Source: a bacterium
Lineage (GTDB): Bacteria; Hinthialibacterota; Hinthialibacteria; Hinthialibacterales; Hinthialibacteraceae
Reading direction: 5' to 3'
Assembly: GCA_963663405.2 (NCBI GenBank)
Contig: CAXXSM010000030.1
Coordinates: forward strand, 1 to 28,025
Length of the DNA: 28,025 nucleotides
The notes under the pieces are model-generated. The model was not told where the DNA came from and searched no databases. It was given only the letters and a program-made list of their open reading frames with translations. Position 1 is the stretch's first letter. Every line of letters starts with the position of its first letter. This document shows, one piece after another, positions 8,013 to 17,841 of the stretch. Made by a program: the position numbers and the translations under genes.

Positions 8013-9725
8013 ATGCCTCTCATTACACCGCGCAGACGTTTTATGATAACCGCTCCTCTCGCCTTGCTTCTTCCGGCGGGGCTGTTGACATATGTTGGAA
8101 TCAGTATTGTTGAAATCGACCGGCAAGGGGAAGACCGCGTCGAGACGGCTATCACTAAAATCGTCGGTAAAGTCCGAAATCGAACGACGGATAAAATCGA
8201 CCGGGAAATTTTGGAACCTTTCCGCGTCCATGTTGAAAACCGCATTAAAAATAAAGAACTCTTGCCCGAATTTCCTATCCCCGATGAATTTAGCTTTACG
8301 ACGGAAGAACAACTCGAGTTCGCTTCCCGTATTTTAGTGTTCAGCAGTGATTACGGGCTTTATCTTTTTGAGCGGGAAGACGCTTTTCAAAGCGATACCC
8401 ATGTCTGGATCCTCGCGGAACATTCGAAATCCGTGTTTTCGGATTGGCTGCAAACGACAATTCGATCCGAGATTAATTTAATGGACTCTCCGAGTTATTT
8501 ATCGATTTCGGATTACCTGCTCAGGCCGTATCCTGATTCGCCCTATCCGGCGGGGGCGCAGCGCGAACTGGCGGCGTTTATCCTGCCTGTCGCACAAGAC
8601 GAAATGCAGGATGGGTCACGATATGCGAGCGATCGGCCGACGATCGGTTTTACGTTTAATCTGGAATACATGCAGACTGTTTTTTTTGATGATTTGATCA
8701 ACTCACTTTGGCGAAGCAGTGAAGAAGAGTTTCGCTATCCCATTGCGATTGAAGATACTGTCACCGGCAAGCGGATCGCGGAAATTACCGGTGAACCGTT
8801 TGAAGCCAGCACGGTCTATTCCCCACGGGCGTTTAACGAACGATATTTTCCGTGGTACAAGATCATTTTTTCGAAACAAACCGCCCAAGATATCATCGCG
8901 ATCAGTAACTATCAAAAGAATGTGAATTACTGTTTGATCGCCGCCGCGAACGTGATCATGATTGTGGGCGTGTTCGGCGCGTTGCGGAATTTAAGTAAAG
9001 AATTGGCCCTCTCCGATATGCGGTCGGATTTTGTCGCGCGGGTTTCTCATGAACTGCGAACGCCGTTAAGCTTGATCCGCTTATACGCCGAAACATTGGA
9101 AATGGGCCGGATGAAAGACAAGACGAAGCAGATAGAATACTTGCGTTCAATCACGAAGGAGAGCGAACGGTTAACCCAGTTGATCAATAACATCCTCAAT
9201 TTCTCGCAAATTGAGGCGGATACAAAACAATACCGGATGGCGCCCGTTTCGATCGAAGAGGTGATCTACGAGTCGGTCAGCGCGATGGAGTATCACTTGA
9301 AACGGAATGGGATGAAGATCGATGTCTATGTGGATCAGGATATGCCCGATATCCTAGGAGATAACGACGCGCTCAAGCAAACACTCTTCAATCTGCTTTC
9401 CAATGCGATGAAATATTCGGGGGAAGGAAAAATAATCCGGCTGCAATCGTACCTGCAAGACGAAGCGATTGTGATCGATATTGTGGATCAGGGAATCGGC
9501 ATCGCTCCTGAGCATCAAGAGAAAATCTTCGATGATTTCTACCGGGTGGATGATCCGCTGGTCCGTCAAACCGGCGGCAGTGGCTTGGGATTGGCCGTCG
9601 TAAAGCATATCGTGAAAGCCCATCATGGGCGTGTCGAAGTACAAAGCGTTCCCGGCAAGGGCAGCGCGTTCACGATTCGTCTACCGGTCCGGACGCCTCG
9701 ATCCGCTCCATTGATGCACGCCTAA
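8013..9725 (+). CDS. Membrane sensor histidine kinase
   Basis: Two TM segments flank a periplasmic region; H-box VSHELRTPL, N-box NLLSNAMKYS, G1 DQGIGI, F-box IFDDFYRV, G2 GSGLGL. Confidence 0.95.
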   Translation: MPLITPRRRFMITAPLALLLPAGLLTYVGISIVEIDRQGEDRVETAITKIVGKVRNRTTDKIDREILEPFRVHVENRIKNKELLPEFPIPDEFSFTTEEQLEFASRILVFSSDYGLYLFEREDAFQSDTHVWILAEHSKSVFSDWLQTTIRSEINLMDSPSYLSISDYLLRPYPDSPYPAGAQRELAAFILPVAQDEMQDGSRYASDRPTIGFTFNLEYMQTVFFDDLINSLWRSSEEEFRYPIAIEDTVTGKRIAEITGEPFEASTVYSPRAFNERYFPWYKIIFSKQTAQDIIAISNYQKNVNYCLIAAANVIMIVGVFGALRNLSKELALSDMRSDFVARVSHELRTPLSLIRLYAETLEMGRMKDKTKQIEYLRSITKESERLTQLINNILNFSQIEADTKQYRMAPVSIEEVIYESVSAMEYHLKRNGMKIDVYVDQDMPDILGDNDALKQTLFNLLSNAMKYSGEGKIIRLQSYLQDEAIVIDIVDQGIGIAPEHQEKIFDDFYRVDDPLVRQTGGSGLGLAVVKHIVKAHHGRVEVQSVPGKGSAFTIRLPVRTPRSAPLMHA

Positions 9726-9731
9726 GGAAAA

Positions 9732-11837
9732 TTGAATACAATGAATGCTTTTTTAATTCGATCCGGCCAACGTCTTTGTGAAATGTTGTTTCTTCTGCCG
9801 GTTTTTCTCGTCCCTCTTGTATTTGCTTCGTTCACGATTCACACAATTGTAATTAAAGAGACGGTCTTCCATTATACAACCGCCTACTGTCTTTTCGCGC
9901 TGCCTCTTTTATGGTTTTTCAATAAGCGATCCACGATCGGTTCGATTGCCCGCAACCGGATGATGGGAAGTTTTGTTTTTACGTTGGTGATTTTGGCCGT
10001 CTATCTGTTTTTTTCGTACTTCTTTATTTCTTCCCATCCCCGTTCGTTTCATATGTTGGTTCGCTGGATGGCCTTTGTTTTATTAACACTCGTTTCGATC
10101 GAATACGCAGCCTGCCCCCGCCGATTCCAATTATATCTATTCGTCAATGTCATCACAGCCGCTCTCGTCAGCGCGTATGCGATTTTGCAGGTCAATGGGA
10201 TCGAATGGTTTTTAGAATGGCCGGCCTGGGATTGGGGGGTGGGCGCGGCGCGGCGGGTCAATTCCTCGTTGGGGAATCCCGATTTTCTGGCGGGATACCT
10301 GGTGGCTCTTGCGCCGGTGACTCTGATTTTCGCAATTGTACAGCGAGGAGGATGGAGAGTTGTTCTCTCAACCGTGTTTCTCATGGAAGTGGCGGCGCTT
10401 CTCTTTTCATACAGCCGGGGGGGCTGGTTGACTCTTTATGTGACATTCCTGATTCTGTTCGCGGCGTTGACTTATGTCAATTGGGCGCGAGATCCCGTTC
10501 TGCTGCGGGCGGCGATCGGTCTGCGGACTGCGGGCGCCGTCTTGATTGGCTGCGCGGTGCTGGGCGCTGTCTTGATCTATTCCATGTGGAGCGAGGTGGA
10601 AGCCGCGCTGTACCGCTTTTCTCAATTGGGCGAAGGCGCTTCCGTCGCGACACGGCCTTATTTCTGGGAGGGTGCGTATAAAATGACGATGGACCGCCCG
10701 TTGACAGGATTTGGTTTGGGCATGTTCGCTGTGTTTTTCCCTCAATACCGGGCGAAAGATTTGACCGCGTATCTGCCGTTCAAGGAATGGTTCGTCGAAC
10801 ACGCGCATAACGAATATTTGGAAATAACCAGTGAAATGGGCTTAATCGGCTTAGCTCTATTCGCAATAGTGATTGTTCTGACCATCCTGATTGTATGGAA
10901 CTACGTGACCAGGCGCCGCGCGCGGGAAAATCTGGTTTTACTTGGCCTGTTGGGTGGGATTGTGGGAATTCTTCTACATAATATGGTGACTGTCACGTTA
11001 CGGCATACCCCAACGGCCTTTCTGCTCTGGTCATTCATTGGTGTTTCAGTGGGATACGCCACCCGTCCGGACTCAGGGCAAGCCACGCCAATTACACGAA
11101 GCAGACTCTGGCCGCTTCCTGTTTATTTCGCCGGCGCGCTGTTTCTGCTCATCATGGCCACCCGTTTTTATGTGGGAGATTGTATGATTGAGAAAGGGGG
11201 AAAGAATCTATCAAATATCCGGCAAGGTCAGTCTCTTTCACAAAACCGGCGCCGGATGGAAGAGAGCCTGGTGATGCTGCATCGCGGCCGGCGATATTAT
11301 CCGGATTGTGTTCGCGCGTATACGCAATTGGGATTGGCGTATTCAATCGCGCTCGATTTTCCCCAGGCCAGAAATGCGTTCCAAGAATTGGACAATCTCC
11401 AGAAACGCTTCACATCAACCGCCATGAATTTGTGCATTACCTGCCTGAAACTCGCCGATTACATCGGCAGCCGGAAACAGTATCTTCCCCCCGATATGGA
11501 AATGTTTATCTCCCTGGCGCTGGATTGCACGCAAGAAGCGAAAACATGGATTCTTAAGGCGATCGATGACGATCCCCATTCCCCTTCGTACTATCATCTC
11601 CTGGGACGCTGCGAACTGACGCTGGGCGCTCTGGATGCGGCGGAGACTGCGTTTCAGAAGGCGATTCGATTGGAGAGCAAACGCAATGCGCCGAATATGA
11701 AAAAACTGATTCAAGACAATCAACATTTTCTCGATATAATCCAAAATTATCGAAGTGATCCCTCCAATTCCGGCGCCGCGAAAAAAGCGCTGGATTCATC
11801 CCCATCGATAGAGATCATGGAAATCCAACCCGATTGA
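9732..11837 (+). CDS. O-antigen ligase / O-oligosaccharyltransferase-family membrane protein with C-terminal TPRs
   Basis: Many TM helices, SSLGNPDFLAGYL, SYSRGGW, RPLTGFGLGMF, HAHNEYLE (Wzy_C) and a TPR-like C-terminal region. Start is TTG 9732 or ATG 9741. Confidence 0.9.
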   Translation: MNTMNAFLIRSGQRLCEMLFLLPVFLVPLVFASFTIHTIVIKETVFHYTTAYCLFALPLLWFFNKRSTIGSIARNRMMGSFVFTLVILAVYLFFSYFFISSHPRSFHMLVRWMAFVLLTLVSIEYAACPRRFQLYLFVNVITAALVSAYAILQVNGIEWFLEWPAWDWGVGAARRVNSSLGNPDFLAGYLVALAPVTLIFAIVQRGGWRVVLSTVFLMEVAALLFSYSRGGWLTLYVTFLILFAALTYVNWARDPVLLRAAIGLRTAGAVLIGCAVLGAVLIYSMWSEVEAALYRFSQLGEGASVATRPYFWEGAYKMTMDRPLTGFGLGMFAVFFPQYRAKDLTAYLPFKEWFVEHAHNEYLEITSEMGLIGLALFAIVIVLTILIVWNYVTRRRARENLVLLGLLGGIVGILLHNMVTVTLRHTPTAFLLWSFIGVSVGYATRPDSGQATPITRSRLWPLPVYFAGALFLLIMATRFYVGDCMIEKGGKNLSNIRQGQSLSQNRRRMEESLVMLHRGRRYYPDCVRAYTQLGLAYSIALDFPQARNAFQELDNLQKRFTSTAMNLCITCLKLADYIGSRKQYLPPDMEMFISLALDCTQEAKTWILKAIDDDPHSPSYYHLLGRCELTLGALDAAETAFQKAIRLESKRNAPNMKKLIQDNQHFLDIIQNYRSDPSNSGAAKKALDSSPSIEIMEIQPD

Positions 11838-12112
11838 CGAACGGAGTTCTATTTCCATTCCGTTATGAATGATTGAAAAATCGTCTTTATTTGCAATGTG
11901 ATGCAATTTCTCTTAATTCTGATTGTGTCTATTGATCGATACGTATATGTGATTAGACGTCGTTATGAAATAGAGCGAATTATTTTTTTTGTTGCTGGAT
12001 CGTTAATATAAGGTTGTTTTTTATATGTTATGTATTATACTGTACCCGGTAGTATTCACATTTTGTGACCAGGTATCAATACAATCATTAATTTAGGTTG
12101 AGGTTCAATACT

Positions 12113-12265
12113 ATGGATGATGTATGGACAGTCGTATATCTTGCCGCGATCGCCTATTTCGCGGTGCAAATTGAGAGAATCAATTATAATTTAGGAAAAA
12201 TCAATGAGGGACTCCGGTACATGGTCGAGAAGATGTCCTCCGGAGGAGATGGATCACAGGGATGA
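12113..12265 (+). CDS. Putative 50-aa small membrane protein (below the ORF-track cutoff)
   Basis: GAGG upstream of ATG 12113; MDDVWTVVYLAAIAYFAVQIERINYNLGKINEGLRYMVEKMSSGGDGSQG*, an N-terminal hydrophobic helix followed by an amphipathic helix. Confidence 0.5.
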   Translation: MDDVWTVVYLAAIAYFAVQIERINYNLGKINEGLRYMVEKMSSGGDGSQG

Positions 12266-12347
12266 GATTTGTCTCATCGAAGTTGTTTATTCTTGGCGCT
12301 CAGTTGAAAAGACTGGCGCCATGTTCGCAATGTAGCCGGTTATCCCC

Positions 12348-13655
12348 TTAATCATCAATCGCCTGATACACCAATACACGGAATTTTCCCTGCAAATCTA
12401 AATCGCCGCTGGGATAGAGTTGCGCCATAACAAGACCGATCAGATCCTCACTTGGATCGATCCAGAACTGCGTATAGAAAAAGCCACCCCAGTTATACTC
12501 ACCCACGGAGCCCAATGTGCCTACAGCGGCGGGATCTGTGCAGATTCCGAATCCCAAACCAAAAGTATACCCTCCAGGGAAGAAGAACATTTCCAAATCT
12601 CCCAGGTGATCCATGGTCATCAATTCCACCGTTTTTCGACTGATCAACCGAACACCGTTCAATTCTCCATTGTTCAACATCATCTGCAAAAACCGCGCGT
12701 AGTCAGGCGCCGTGGATACTAAACCCGCGCCGCCGGAAAAATAGGTCTTTGGGCCTTTATAGTGATAACTGGTGGAGAAGACAACAGGGCCCATTTCAAC
12801 TTCCTCTTCGGGCAGCCGGTCGATTCCTCCGTTTTCGTTAGGTGTATAAACGGCGCTCAAACGGTCCACTTTGTTATCGGGAAGGAAGAAATACGTGTCT
12901 CGCATGCCTAACGGTTCAAAAATACGTTCTTTGAAAAATTGATCGAGAGGCATCCCGGAAACGACTTCCACCAAGTACCCCAGCACATCAGTAGATAAAC
13001 TGTATTCGGCTTTTTTTCCAGGTTGATGAACCAAGGGCAGTTTAGCCAACCGTTTCACACCCTCGCCGATTGTGCCTTCCGTCTGTGTCAATCCGTCGGA
13101 TACGCCTGCTTCTTTATAGAGATCCGTGAAATATTTTCGTCCGAAGAAACCGTACGTAAGGCCGGATGTGTGACTTAGGAGATGGTGGATGGTGATTTCA
13201 TTTTCGGCTGAATATAAAGTGTAGGGTTCAGTGGCGCCAGTGGGAACCAGCACCTTTGAATCTTTAAATTCCGGAATGTACTTGGACACTGGATCGTTTA
13301 GGAGAAATTTCCCTTCTTCATAGAGCATCATCACCGCGAGGCTGGTGATGGGTTTTGTCATGGAAGCGATCCGGAAAATCGTATCGGTTTGCATCGGTTT
13401 TGACGCCTCGCGGTCCATCAAACCGATGGCTTCGAGATGCGCGATTTTCCCCTGCCGCGCCACAAACGTGACGGTACCGGCGATTTTCCCCTGGTCTACA
13501 TACGACTGCATGGCCTCCTGTATCCGGCCCAGCCGCTCACTTGAAAACCCCACCGTTTCCGGCACAGCGCGTGGCAGAATTTGACCGATCCCGCATGGGG
13601 AGAACAGAAATAAAGTGAATACGAGCAATCCAACACGGTGAAATATCGTTTTCAT
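12348..13655 (-). CDS. Secreted serine hydrolase, beta-lactamase/class C-like family
   Basis: FRIASMTKP (SxxK), LLSHTSGL, PGKKAEYS, GGAGLVST, WGG. Signal peptide from ATG 13655 (MKTIFHRVGLLVFTLFLFS) after AAGGAGA. Confidence 0.93.
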   Translation of the reverse strand: MKTIFHRVGLLVFTLFLFSPCGIGQILPRAVPETVGFSSERLGRIQEAMQSYVDQGKIAGTVTFVARQGKIAHLEAIGLMDREASKPMQTDTIFRIASMTKPITSLAVMMLYEEGKFLLNDPVSKYIPEFKDSKVLVPTGATEPYTLYSAENEITIHHLLSHTSGLTYGFFGRKYFTDLYKEAGVSDGLTQTEGTIGEGVKRLAKLPLVHQPGKKAEYSLSTDVLGYLVEVVSGMPLDQFFKERIFEPLGMRDTYFFLPDNKVDRLSAVYTPNENGGIDRLPEEEVEMGPVVFSTSYHYKGPKTYFSGGAGLVSTAPDYARFLQMMLNNGELNGVRLISRKTVELMTMDHLGDLEMFFFPGGYTFGLGFGICTDPAAVGTLGSVGEYNWGGFFYTQFWIDPSEDLIGLVMAQLYPSGDLDLQGKFRVLVYQAIDD

Positions 13656-13777
13656 AAGAATCTCCTTGCAATGAGTTTGACTACGAATGGAAACTGGCAG
13701 GATTATAAACCGGTTGTTTTTTTGTATCAATGAAGCGAGTGGATCTTGGCAATAAAGAAAATTCAACATCTAGGGCC

Positions 13778-13809
13778 GGTTCATTTTGTTTTTGAAAACA
13801 AAATGAACC
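13778..13809. repeat. Perfect 15-bp inverted repeat in a divergent intergenic region
   Basis: ggttcattttgtttt-tg-aaaacaaaatgaacc. Confidence 0.85.
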
Positions 13810-13817
13810 AAAAAATT

Positions 13818-13845
13818 TGTAACATTTCCAAATGTTTTCTCGTCT
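13818..13845 (+). promoter_or_regulatory. Possible ECF-sigma promoter for the DUF362 gene
   Basis: TGTAAC, 17 nt spacer, CGTCT matches the generic AAC…CGT ECF pattern; motif match only. Confidence 0.3.
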
Positions 13846-13921
13846 TAGTTAGTAAATGTTTGACGTACGAAAACGTAAATTAGCTAAGGATTTTCTATTG
13901 AAGCGATGATCCAAAAGGAGA

Positions 13922-14857
13922 GTGATGATGGTAAACCGTAGAATGGTGTTAAAAGCAGGATTGGTTGCGGGGATCGGATTACAATCACTGAATGCGTACG
14001 ACAATGAATCCACTACGGAGAACAAGATCAGTATTGCGCGGTATAAAAACCCTTCGAAAAATCCAGACTCGATCCCGGAAGAGGCGGAACGATTGACCAA
14101 AGCCGCGATTCAAGCGCTGGGCGGAATGTCAAAGTTTGTTTCTAAAGGGGATGTCGTTTGGATCAAACCGAATATCTATATCGCCTATCCTCCCGAATTA
14201 GCGGTGAATACGAATCCGCATGTCGTGGCGGCGTTGGTCAAATTGTCTCTTGAAGCAGGCGCTAAAGAAGTATGTGTCAGCAACAATCCCAGCGCCTTCG
14301 GGAGTCCGGAACAAGCCTTTTTACGAAGCCAAATCAAACCCGAAGCGGAAAAAGCAGGGGCGAAAGTTTTCATGATGAATCCAGCGCGATTTAAGAAGAT
14401 GGCGATCAACGGAAAATTCATCAAGGAGTGGGAAGTCTATCAAGATGTTGTCGAAGCGGATGTGTTGATTAACGTTCCGATTGTCAAACATCATTTCGAG
14501 ACCAACGCGTCATTGAGTATGAAGAATCTGATGGGGGTCATCGGCGGACAGCGGCGGTATTTCCATCAGAATTTAAATCATGCGATCGCGGATCTGGCGG
14601 CGTTTATCAAACCCGATTTAATCGTGATGGACGCGATCCGTATTTTAACTCGCAACGGCCCCTTTGGAGGGAATCCGCAGCATACCGCTCGAAAAGACAC
14701 AGTAGCCGCTTCAATCGACCAAGTGGCGGCCGACGCTTTCGGCGCCACGCTCTTGGATCAGAAGCCCACGGAAATCGGCTATGTTGTAGAAGCGGACTCG
14801 CGGGGGATGGGAACCATGGATTTTGAGTCTCTTAAACCAACGCGGATTGATGTGTGA
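13922..14857 (+). CDS. DUF362-family protein with Tat-like signal
   Basis: RRMVLKAGL N-terminus; LGGMSKFVSKGDVVWIKPN, TNPHVV, ADVLINVPIVKHH, SMKNLMG, DQVAADA; AAGGAG upstream. Confidence 0.9.
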   Translation: MMMVNRRMVLKAGLVAGIGLQSLNAYDNESTTENKISIARYKNPSKNPDSIPEEAERLTKAAIQALGGMSKFVSKGDVVWIKPNIYIAYPPELAVNTNPHVVAALVKLSLEAGAKEVCVSNNPSAFGSPEQAFLRSQIKPEAEKAGAKVFMMNPARFKKMAINGKFIKEWEVYQDVVEADVLINVPIVKHHFETNASLSMKNLMGVIGGQRRYFHQNLNHAIADLAAFIKPDLIVMDAIRILTRNGPFGGNPQHTARKDTVAASIDQVAADAFGATLLDQKPTEIGYVVEADSRGMGTMDFESLKPTRIDV

Positions 14858-14880
14858 TTTATATAATATCGAAAGCAGTT

Positions 14881-14966
14881 GTGGATTAATGCCAGGGCAG
14901 AAAATAGATTTGCCCTGGCTGCCTGTCCTTGTACTGGCCACCTGTCAGAATAACTAAAAGCTCCGA
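14881..14966 (+). repeat. ~85-bp REP-like repeat, left copy
   Basis: Contains the hairpin gccagggca-gaaaatagatt-tgccctggc and aligns along its length with 17858-17941. Confidence 0.88.
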
Positions 14967-15230
14967 CCGTTACTTGCCCTATCCATCCGTCAATTAATTC
15001 AGATCACGAAACGTGATTCAGTTTTTTTTCATCCAAAAGATTTGTATCTTCCCTATTTCTTGATTTATGCTATTGTAGATATAGGAAAATTGTACAATTG
15101 TTCAATTGCAAGGCCGTTTTATCTTCTCCTTGTATGGATTCATATCTCTGCATTCTACCATGTGGACTGAAACCGGTTCATTGTTTTTTTCCATACGATT
15201 TTTTGTTTATTCTGCAAAGGATTTAAGATC

Positions 15231-16517
15231 ATGGTGTGGCTTTGGATTGGATTTGTTGTAATGATTTTGTTTTTCCTCGCATTGGATTTGGGGGTGTTCA
15301 ATCGTAAAGCGCACGTCATTTCAATCCCTGAATCCGTTGGATGGAGTGTCGTATGGGTGACACTCGCGTTTGGATTTAATGGAATCATTTATTATTTATA
15401 TGAAAACCATATATTCGGAGTCGGCGCCGAAATTGGTCATGCCTTAAGTGGGGAACAAGCGTCGTTACAGTTTTTTACAGGCTATGTTCTCGAAAAATCA
15501 TTGAGCATCGATAATATTTTCGTGATCGCTCTCATTTTTTCGTATTTTAATGTCCCAGCGCTCTATCAACATAAAGTATTATATTGGGGAGTTCTTGGCG
15601 CTTTGATTATGCGTGCGATGATGATTCTTCTCGGCGCTTCCTTAATCAAGCGGTTTGATTGGATTATCTATATTTTTGGAGTTATCTTACTCGTGACCGC
15701 CGTCAAACTCCTCATTGCCAGACATGACAATATTGAACCGGAAAAAAACATCTTTGTAAAAATAGTCAAGCGATTTTTCCCCGTTAGCGATGGTTTTCAT
15801 GGGGAACGGTTTGTTATCAGACAAAACCGTCAGATCGTCTTTACTCCCCTTTTTATTGTATTACTCGTCGTGGAATCGACTGATTTGTTGTTTGCAGTGG
15901 ATTCCATCCCCGCTATTTTCGCTGTGACACAAGATCCGTTCATTGTTTTTACGTCCAATGTGTTTGCTATCTTAGGCTTACGATCGTTGTATTTCGCGCT
16001 GGCTGGCGTGCTTGAACGGTTCCGTTATTTAAAGATGAGTCTTGTTTTTGTCCTGGCTTATGTGGGTGTGAAAATGCTAGTGTCGCATATCTATCCGATT
16101 CCGACATTGGCCTCTCTTGCGATCATCAGCGGGATTTTATCCATTGGCTTGTTCGCTTCATTATTTGCTTCAAAAAAAGATACGGCTCCTATTCCTTCTC
16201 CTTTGCCGGTTCACGAATTGAAAATCCCGAAGGATGCGATTATCCGTTTTGCGAGACGTCTCCTTGTTCTTTTATTGATCGCCAGCGCTCTTCTTCTTGG
16301 ATTGGGAGTGATGATCATCCCTGGACCGGCGATTCTTGTGATTCCCGCAGGTTTGGCGATCTTGGGAACGGAATTGATTTGGGCGAAAAAAGTGTGGGAA
16401 CAAATGACAGTACCATCGGATACAATGTCATTTTCAGGAAAACTCTTTCTTAATGCTATAAAGAAATTATTTACACGTTCCAGTCAATCGGATTCTTCTT
16501 CGAAATCGAGGGAATAA
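15231..16517 (+). CDS. TerC/Alx-family membrane protein with a C-terminal PGPGW-like extension
   Basis: LALDLGVF, FFTGYVLEKSLSIDNIFV, TDLLFAVDSIPA, FTSNVFAILGLRSLYF; extra C-terminal GVMIIPGPAILVIPAGLAILGTELIWAKK. Confidence 0.92.
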   Translation: MVWLWIGFVVMILFFLALDLGVFNRKAHVISIPESVGWSVVWVTLAFGFNGIIYYLYENHIFGVGAEIGHALSGEQASLQFFTGYVLEKSLSIDNIFVIALIFSYFNVPALYQHKVLYWGVLGALIMRAMMILLGASLIKRFDWIIYIFGVILLVTAVKLLIARHDNIEPEKNIFVKIVKRFFPVSDGFHGERFVIRQNRQIVFTPLFIVLLVVESTDLLFAVDSIPAIFAVTQDPFIVFTSNVFAILGLRSLYFALAGVLERFRYLKMSLVFVLAYVGVKMLVSHIYPIPTLASLAIISGILSIGLFASLFASKKDTAPIPSPLPVHELKIPKDAIIRFARRLLVLLLIASALLLGLGVMIIPGPAILVIPAGLAILGTELIWAKKVWEQMTVPSDTMSFSGKLFLNAIKKLFTRSSQSDSSSKSRE

Positions 16518-16674
16518 AAATTGAATTCAGACATACATTGATTCCAGAAAATCTCATGGCTTATTAGATATGAGTTGAATGTCTCGTTTCGGTTGAATCC
16601 GGCAGGGGAAATGCTGTTGCTTTAATTTTGTGAAATGATGCATTTATGATGATCTCATAGGGATTAACAAATCG

Positions 16675-17841
16675 ATGGATCAACGAATAGTCAATTCACA
16701 TCCGGTCAATGATTTGATTCTTAACGATCATGACTGGCTACCAAAACCAGTTCCATATTTCCAACCTCATACGATTGTGTTGGTGAAAGGCAGCCGGACA
16801 ACTGAAAGCCGGAAACGATTGGTAGCCAATATCTGCGCGCTTTACCCCAACGCTGAAATCTTAGAACAAGAGGATGTTTCACATTCCAAAGTGACGATCA
16901 ATGGCCGGAGACTTATCGATCGTCATTATCGAGGCAAGCAAACCCTTGTACTGGGTGAAATGAACGATTGCGTTCGTTTTAGTGAAGAATCGGGGAATTC
17001 GTGCCCCAATTACTGGCATTTCTCACCCTACAGTTTTTGTCCCTATGGATGTCACTATTGTTACTTGGCGGGCACGATGGGGATTAAATTTTCCCCCGCC
17101 GTGAAGATTTTTGTCAATCTCGCCGAGATCCTTCATAAAATTGATAGAATCGCAAACCGTATTGGAAAACGTACTTCATTTTATCTAGGGAAACTACAGG
17201 ATGGGATTGCGCTCGATCCATTAACCAATTATTCACGAATCATGATTCCCTTTTTCGCAAATCATCCATATGCAAGGCTTACCGTACTGACAAAATCCAC
17301 TGCCATCGATAATCTTCTATTAGAAAAGCATAATGGCCATGTAATTTTATCGTGGTCGTTGAATCCAACATCCATTTGCGATCGATTCGAGCCGAATACA
17401 CCCTCATTAGAAGATCGGCTTATTGCGATGCGAAAATGCGCTCAAGCCGGTTATCCCATTCGCGCAATGCTGATGCCGTTAATCCCCATTGAAAACTGGC
17501 AAGAACAGTATTCCCAATTGATTGACAAGTTGATGAATTCTGTCTCCTTACAACGGATCACCATGGGCGGAGTCTGTTCCTACAAAACCGCGCTGTCATT
17601 GATGAATCAAAAACTTACAAAAAACAATCCACTCAACAGAAACATGGAAGAACCATCAAAACGCTGTGATGGACGAATCCGCTATTCATCAGCGCTGCGA
17701 ATAGAAATGTATTCATTTCTTCTACAATGTATACGAAAACATGATTCAAATATGACGGTTAGCTTGTGCATGGAAGAAATGGATATTGTTCGCACAGTCG
17801 GATTATCCAAGAACGTTGGGCAATGTATATGTCCGTTGTAG
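16675..17841 (+). CDS. Spore-photoproduct-lyase-like radical SAM protein
   Basis: CPYGCHYCYL (CxxxCxxC), D-rich 'GKLQDGIALDP', LTKS, ILSWSLNP, 'EPNTPSLEDRLIA', VSLCME, terminal CxC. Confidence 0.85.
   Translation: MDQRIVNSHPVNDLILNDHDWLPKPVPYFQPHTIVLVKGSRTTESRKRLVANICALYPNAEILEQEDVSHSKVTINGRRLIDRHYRGKQTLVLGEMNDCVRFSEESGNSCPNYWHFSPYSFCPYGCHYCYLAGTMGIKFSPAVKIFVNLAEILHKIDRIANRIGKRTSFYLGKLQDGIALDPLTNYSRIMIPFFANHPYARLTVLTKSTAIDNLLLEKHNGHVILSWSLNPTSICDRFEPNTPSLEDRLIAMRKCAQAGYPIRAMLMPLIPIENWQEQYSQLIDKLMNSVSLQRITMGGVCSYKTALSLMNQKLTKNNPLNRNMEEPSKRCDGRIRYSSALRIEMYSFLLQCIRKHDSNMTVSLCMEEMDIVRTVGLSKNVGQCICPL

Noticed and set aside
14980-15230. yybP-ykoY (Mn) riboswitch expected upstream of terC/alx
   Set aside because: The leader is AT-rich and I could not find the paired GC-rich helices or conserved loops. 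Only short palindromes are present (atcacgaaacgtgat; ttgtacaa). An Rfam scan would be decisive.
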